Shown here in pieces: positions 61,239-64,000 of a stretch of 64,000 bases of DNA; the first letter of the stretch is position 1, and the number at the start of each line of letters is the position of its first letter. The notes beneath the pieces are model-generated. The model did no database searches. It was not told the origin of the DNA and saw only the letters and a list, made by a program, of their open reading frames with translations. Origin of the DNA: Macrostomum lignano (lineage: Eukaryota); contig NIVC01000566.1 in assembly GCA_002269645.1 (NCBI GenBank), positions 436,189-500,188 of the forward strand. The letters run 5' to 3'. The position numbers were made by a program, and so were the translations under genes.

Positions 61239-61536
61239 CATACATGCGCAACCTCCAAAATTCTGTCGGCCGTGCGACTTAGTTTTAACAAAAATGCGAC
61301 ATAGTTTTTTGGCTAAAAATGCGACTTACATTTTAAAAAATCCTAAAGCAAAATTAACGCAACTTAGGGTAAACGGCAGGAGTAACTATGACTGTCTTAT
61401 TAGGCCAAAATGCCTCGTCAGCTACTTAGTATTACTACTTGGGTGTTTTTTGGGTGGGCATTTTTGCAACTTCTTTGATTGGCCGCCAAATCGGTCGGCC
61501 GGATCGGCCGACTCGGCCGACTGTTGCGCATGTATG
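61239..61536. mobile_element. hAT-type MITE carrying a 28S rDNA-like fragment
   Basis: Perfect 14-bp TIR CATACATGCGCAAC; perfect 8-bp TSD attagata at 61231-61238 and 61537-61544; subterminal tgcgac and tcggcc repeats. Confidence 0.9.
61367..61430 (+). pseudogene. Degenerate 28S rRNA fragment (helix 69-71 region, R2/I-PpoI target site)
   Basis: gggtaaacggcaggagtaactatgactgtcttattaggccaaaatgcctcgtcagctacttagt vs conserved eukaryotic GGGTAAACGGCGGGAGTAACTATGACTCTCTTAAGGTAGCCAAATGCCTCGTCATCTAATTAGT. Confidence 0.85.
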
Positions 61537-64000
61537 ATTAGATAGATAAAGATAAGTTAGATAACTATATTGAATAAAGAAACATTACTTGAGCCTAAAG
61601 CTTATATATAGCCTCATACTTATTCATAACATGAATACTGTTTCTTAGGCAAAATATCAATGTGTTCTGTTTTATTCAACTTAAATTAACACATCTATCA
61701 ATATTTATATTAGTTTGCTGCATTAGCAAACTTCTATGCCAAAATCCATATGCATTTTTGGTCTATTTGTAAAAGATAATAACAAGATAAATGATGATTA
61801 TTTATAATATATTTCAGCAATTGCAATGAAGAAATGACTTTTATATTACCATGTCAAATGACTACATGGAGAAGGCTCATATAGTATTTGTTTAAAAAAC
61901 CAAATGGAGACCCAAACAGTTCCCTGCATTGCAATGCCTAAAGTGTTTCTACTGGAGCCAATTCTGACTGGCACGAAGAACTACATAGCCCCTCATCAAC
62001 ACCAAACCCTAAGCCAATGACTGCTACATGGAAAATCCCATTGCACCCTAAGAGTTTTAAGTCATGTGAAGAGCACTTTTGCAATAAGGCTGTATTTGGT
62101 GCACTTCAATGAAGGCTCAATTCTACTATTACACATGTTTTGCTCATTTCTGCTTGGCATGCAAGATTTGTCATGGACAGTTCCTTGCATATTGATTCTT
62201 AGAGTGGAATGTTGAGTTTTATAAGCATTTTTCAAAGAATTATAAGTACACATTTACTCTTCAAACACACTGTAAGAAGCCAGAGTTTTATGCAAATCAA
62301 TTGTGTGGAACACATTGACCTTCAATATTGCTTCATTAAAAGATTAAATCTATGATCTAATACAAAACCTTAGGATAAAAAAATCTAAACTCTTTCTGCT
62401 TTGTTTTAGGGATGCATGTATCAACCAAAAGAAGAAATTATTGGAGCAAAATGAGATATTGCCAGTCAGCACAAGGAAACACAGTTGCTTCTGATTTGTC
62501 TGCTTTTCTAATTGGCAACTATGGTGGTAAGTTGTAATTCTTACAGCTTGAAGATTAGGTCTTGTATATGAAGTATCAGTATATAAGAAGAAACTATTTG
62601 TTTAGCTTTTGCAAGCCTAGCATATTTAAATTTCCCACTTAGCCAAAAAGTGTACTTTTGCAAGGTAGAAAACATATGTTGAGCATAAAAATGTATGATA
62701 AAAGTGATAAGAGAAGCAATATTTAGGTTATAAAAAAAGATACAAATAATTTAGTTGAATATATAAAATAGAACCATATACACAAAGAAGGGCTTTGCAT
62801 AGCAGCTAGCAGGAAACCATTTTTGTTGTTCTCACTCCTATTTAGATTCTTATCATATTCTAAATCCTAGGATTCAATCAGGCCTAAATCCCTAGATCAC
62901 AATGGTCAAGGATTCAAAAATCTTGGGATCAACCATTGGGATCTCAACCCTGCTTTGCAATAGTTCCATTATTCATTTTTAAGTAGTATATATAGTATCT
63001 ACAAGTGAGATACTTGTTAGGTGAAAATCATAACCTAGTTTTCCTGCTTTGATTTATTATTTTTTTAATCATATAGGCTTGTAAGTAGAAGGCTAGGGCT
63101 ACAGGGATACAAAATAGTAGCTGTTAGCAAATCATAAGGAGATTTAAGGTGTAATAATGTAGAACTACTTTAATCAGTCTATACATTCAAAACTCCTGGG
63201 TAATAATTGGGATTAGAATAGTGGGACCTTGCTATCAGACCATAACCAAAGCTACCAATTCTTTATCTAGGGCAAATGCCCTGGGAAAGTGATGCCTAAT
63301 CTTTTTCTACCCTATCTCACGCCATATAGCTCATAAACTAAAATTTCCCAGGTTATATCATAATCAAGTTTGATTTTACTGAGCTGATAGTGGCGTATAA
63401 AAGTATATCTATTATGCCAGCCTGTACATAACACACTAATTCAGAGCCCATTGTCAGTTTCTTATTTGCAAATCCTTTATGGCTTCTTAAACCAAAATTG
63501 CTCTAATAGAGATTACCAATTGATAAAGATTATGGGATTGGCAAAACTTGGGATTTTATATTCCTAGATCCCATTCCACAACAGTTTTTATCTAATGTGC
63601 CTAAGCCTAATGCTTTTAGTGTTTAGCCCTTTTACTTTGCTGTTTCTGATCAATCAACATTCTGAGTCATAAGACTTGAACTACTGTGGCACTATAACCA
63701 AAATCACTAAAATGCCATTAGCTAAAAGAATAGAGACAGCACCAAGAGGAACTGAAGGAGGCAGCCAAAAAATTAATAAGGAAATTAATTGATTGGTCTT
63801 GCCCTTGCAATTTTCATTTATTTTGAATTTGAATTAATAAATAAATTGAAAGTGTAGTACAGTTGCATAATGTTTAGAATCAGCATTTTTAAACTTTGGT
63901 TGCTTCTAACACAGAATTGAATTATTGGCCTGGTTGTCACAAATTGACATAATAGCAGGTTAGGGTGCCCTTAGATTTACAAAAAAATGTATATGCAATG

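Larger units (their letters stand above)
57330..62530 (+). pseudogene. Degenerate CxC-cluster / KDZ-like transposase remnant (multi-exon, many stops)
   Basis: 58351-58479 NCCLCGSTNAIFCCVLC..CESCL*HHHRHRPLHRVES*. Later, in order: HGEGSY (61865), ISAWHA (about 62146), YQPK and RNYWSKMR (62418-62460). Confidence 0.5.

Noticed and set aside
61367-61430. rRNA gene
   Set aside because: Only 64 nt, mutated in helix 69 and embedded in a MITE; no flanking rDNA.

Overview
Eukaryotic (invertebrate animal) genomic DNA: GC-rich exons, GT-AG introns, AT-rich spacers and many minisatellites. The style resembles the flatworm Macrostomum, but that is only an impression. Host genes: an intronless DxD glycosyltransferase (+), an intronless class-A GPCR (-), a 5'-incomplete JmjC gene of HSPBAP1 type (+, 3 exons), an MFSD6-like transporter (-, 6 coding exons), a PRORSD1/ProX-like tRNA-editing domain gene (-) and a probable FAAP100-like gene (-, 2 exons). 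Much of the rest is mobile DNA. The best-supported system is a full-length, intact Ingi-like LINE (18138-22866, 14-bp TSD). Its 5' end folds into an HDV-like ribozyme lying inside the open reading frame, followed by a 2A-like DIEANPGP motif, 3 PHD fingers, APE, RT and RNase H. Other notable elements: a 4.8-kb TIR element with subterminal repeats carrying a BEN-domain gene; a hAT MITE holding a degenerate 28S rDNA fragment at the R2/I-PpoI target site; a degenerate CxC-KDZ-like transposase; a PHD-FLYWCH TIR element; a 2.3-kb solo LTR; a Harbinger derivative; two tRNA-derived SINE families; several MITEs. No CRISPR array and no bona fide rRNA or tRNA gene was found. All family assignments come from motifs recognised by eye; no database search was run.
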